A stretch of 63,769 nucleotides of DNA, counting the filler. It is 14 parts of 14 records of this genome, joined end to end, with 100 filler letters (N's around TTAATTAATTAA, not from the genome) between each part and the next. Parts side by side here need not be neighbours in the genome. Positions count along the whole stretch, not along the records: positions 61,516 to 63,769 come from SRR9670534_524; 13 more parts are not named here. One strand, given 5' to 3'. Shown in pieces: positions 61,516 to 63,769 of this stretch; positions within the stretch are counted from its first letter, which is position 1; each line of letters begins with the position of its first letter. The notes under the pieces were generated by a model. It worked only from the letters and a program-made list of their open reading frames with translations, made no database searches and was not told where the DNA came from. The position numbers and the translations under genes are program-made.

Positions 61516-63769
61516 TATTTTAATGTTTGGAGAGAAAGACTAGATGCTGAAGTTACATATACATCCACTTTTGTTGAAGAGTTTACCATTGATAAACCTG
61601 TGAAAAAATTTTGGAATAAATGGAGGTTGTGATTTTTTATGAAAAAAGATGTCAGTATTACTTGAGAGAATTTCTGCATTTTAGGTCTCAGGTTGCAAAG
61701 ATTGAAGCTGCCAAAAGAAAGCAAAAGGAAATGCTGGTTTCAATTGCCTTTGATAAATGGAAATCCCAGATACTTCAAGGTAAACAAGAAAGGTTCCTCA
61801 GAGATAAAAATAATTCAAAGATGGTGACAAATTGCTTTAAAATATGGCAAAAATGTAGTGGAATTTTGCTATCAGAAAATGAAAAAGTTGCCAGTTCTAC
61901 AATTCAATCATTTGTTCTGGGTAGATATTTTAAGCTTTGGAAGGATAAAAGGGAGAAGATAGACAATTTCAGAAGAGTTAATTATGCAAAATTTGTCTTG
62001 ACACAGCATTTAAAACAATGGAAAAAGGCATATGAAAGTAATCAAAAATCAAGGTAAAAACAAATTTTTAATTCAAATTTTCATTTAAATATTTCAATAT
62101 TAGAAACCTTACCATTTAGAAACCATAGCATGAAGAAACTATTGTCCTTGATGAATAATGTATTCCAACAATGGCAGATTAATGTTGAAGATAATTATAC
62201 TGAAAATATCAATCAATTTCAACAAAAGTACAATACATTGTCCATCAAAACAGCTTGGCCAACAAATGAAGAACATTCAGGATTTAGCAGCTCTGAAGGA
62301 GGCTCAACAAGCAGTGGTGTTTTTAGTTCACCAACAGGTGCATTTACCCCTGAAATATTTTCTGCAAATAGTCATGGGCAAAATCAAAAATTTGAAAATT
62401 TGATCAATGACAAGAAAAAAAGGATTGAACACTATAATAAAGTCATAAACCACCATGGAAATAGATGCATCATCATAACACCATCTGGTGAAAGATTCAG
62501 GTCCTTTTCAAACCAGAGTTTGTCTTCAAAACAGGTACTTTCCATAATTTCATTAAAATTTCAAACTTTCATTCAATTTCTCAAACTTTTGAAACATTCA
62601 TTAACATTTTTCAAACTTAAATTAAAGTTTTTCAAAGTGTTCATTAAAATTTTTCTAACTTAAATTAAAGTTTTTCAAACTGTTCAAACTTTCATTAACA
62701 TTTCATACTTTCATTAAAATTTTTCAAACTTTTTAAACTTTCATTCAAACTTTTCAAACGTACATTAAAATTTTTCAAACTTTCATTAAAACTTTTCAAA
62801 CTTTCATTAAAATTTTTCATATTTTTCAAACTCCCATTAAAATTTTTCAAACTTTTCCAACTTGCATTAAAATTTGTCAAACTTTCATTAAAATTTTTCA
62901 AACTATTCAAACCTTAATTCAAACTTTTAAAACTTTCATTAAAATTTTTCAAACTTTTCAAATTTTCATTAGAATTTCATAATATTTAAAAAATTTAGAG
63001 AATAATAAGACAGGCAGTAAACAGACTGCTGTATGGACCTATGGCCATTGCTTTTGACCAATGGCTACATATGGTCAGTAGAGGGAAAAGACTTGAGTGT
63101 TGTCATTGGATAGTATCAGATATTTCAAAAACTGTTCAAATTCACAACACATTTGAGTTATGGAGAAAACAGTCAGCCATTCTTGAGTCTCAAAGGAAAA
63201 AGAATGAGCATCACATAAAACTGACTACTTTTGCTCAATGGAAATCCTACCAATGTAGAGTTCAAAATTTCCTAAATACAGTTAATGTTCATGACAGAAC
63301 CTTGCTAAAGGAAGCCTTTGGTATATGGCAAGGAAGCATGGAGGGTTGTGAAGGAAGGATATGGCCTGGAGTGGTTTCCTGGGAAGAAAAATATGAACAT
63401 GAAACAGATTTATTTCATGAATTCAAAAGAGAGGTTAATTTAGCAATTTATTTCTCTTGGTGGAAGAAAAATGGTGCCATGTGCCAGATAGCTGATGAAT
63501 TTTATGGCAAAAATGTTCTGAAGAGGTAACCTTTAATCATGATAAAAAGTTTTAAAAACTGTTTAATTTAGAATGCTTATTGTATGGAAAAATGTAAAAT
63601 ACAAAGAAGAACTAAAGATTACTCAATTTGAAGAAAATTTAATAGTTCCAGGAATTTTACAAGATTATTTTGAAAGATGGAGGGAAAATCTGATGAAAAC
63701 CAAACAAGCCAAAGGATTTAATAGAATTAATGAACTCCATGGTGCTAGGCAAAAAGTCCAATTATGGCA
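61516..63769 (+). CDS. SFI1-repeat (centrin-binding-type) protein; internal multi-exon fragment
   Basis: Regular F/L-x-x-W-K/R repeats: AFDKWK, CFKIWQ, YFKLWK, HLKQWK, VFQQWQ, AFDQWL, TFELWR, TFAQWK, AFGIWQ. Confidence 0.72.
62545..62980. repeat. Intronic minisatellite, ~21-bp unit (TTCATTAAAATTTTTCAAACT) with 9-bp sub-repeats
   Basis: Many near-identical tandem units between donor GTACTT (62535) and acceptor TTTAG (62998). Confidence 0.85.

Noticed and set aside
62695-62910. ORF with a periodic NESLKNF sequence
   Set aside because: It is the antisense translation of the intronic 21-bp minisatellite.

Overview
This is not prokaryotic DNA. It is AT-rich genomic DNA of an animal (probably an invertebrate bilaterian), made of 14 separate contigs joined by 13 artificial 100-nt linkers (44 N + TTAATTAATTAA + 44 N), so adjacency across linkers has no biological meaning. 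Most genes are split by short GT-AG introns, so the ORF track shows exon fragments. Reconstructed genes: TIAM/still-life-like RhoGEF, titin/sallimus-like Ig protein, RDL-like Cys-loop chloride channel, C7orf78-like, eIF3g, a reeler-domain protein, METTL16, Staufen, an EMAP-II-domain protein, a tetraspanin, a class A GPCR, MRPL42, DJ-1/PARK7, NDUFAF3, CWF19L1, PPP1R11, RBM46/47/A1CF-like, a CK1/TTBK-like kinase, NBAS, an SFI1-repeat protein and a partial tRNA-His. There are also two dead non-LTR retrotransposons and a MITE. Strongest signals: (1) five co-oriented housekeeping genes 108-168 bp apart with candidate splice acceptors ahead of the downstream ATGs, suggesting an SL trans-spliced operon; (2) retroelements decayed mostly by C>T/G>A, and CpG-free domains that spare the housekeeping genes; (3) a recurrent CTCF-like AGATG(G/T)CGC motif; (4) an eIF3g without its zinc knuckle. 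Family assignments come from recalled motifs and CpG/motif counts were made by eye; no search or computation was run.
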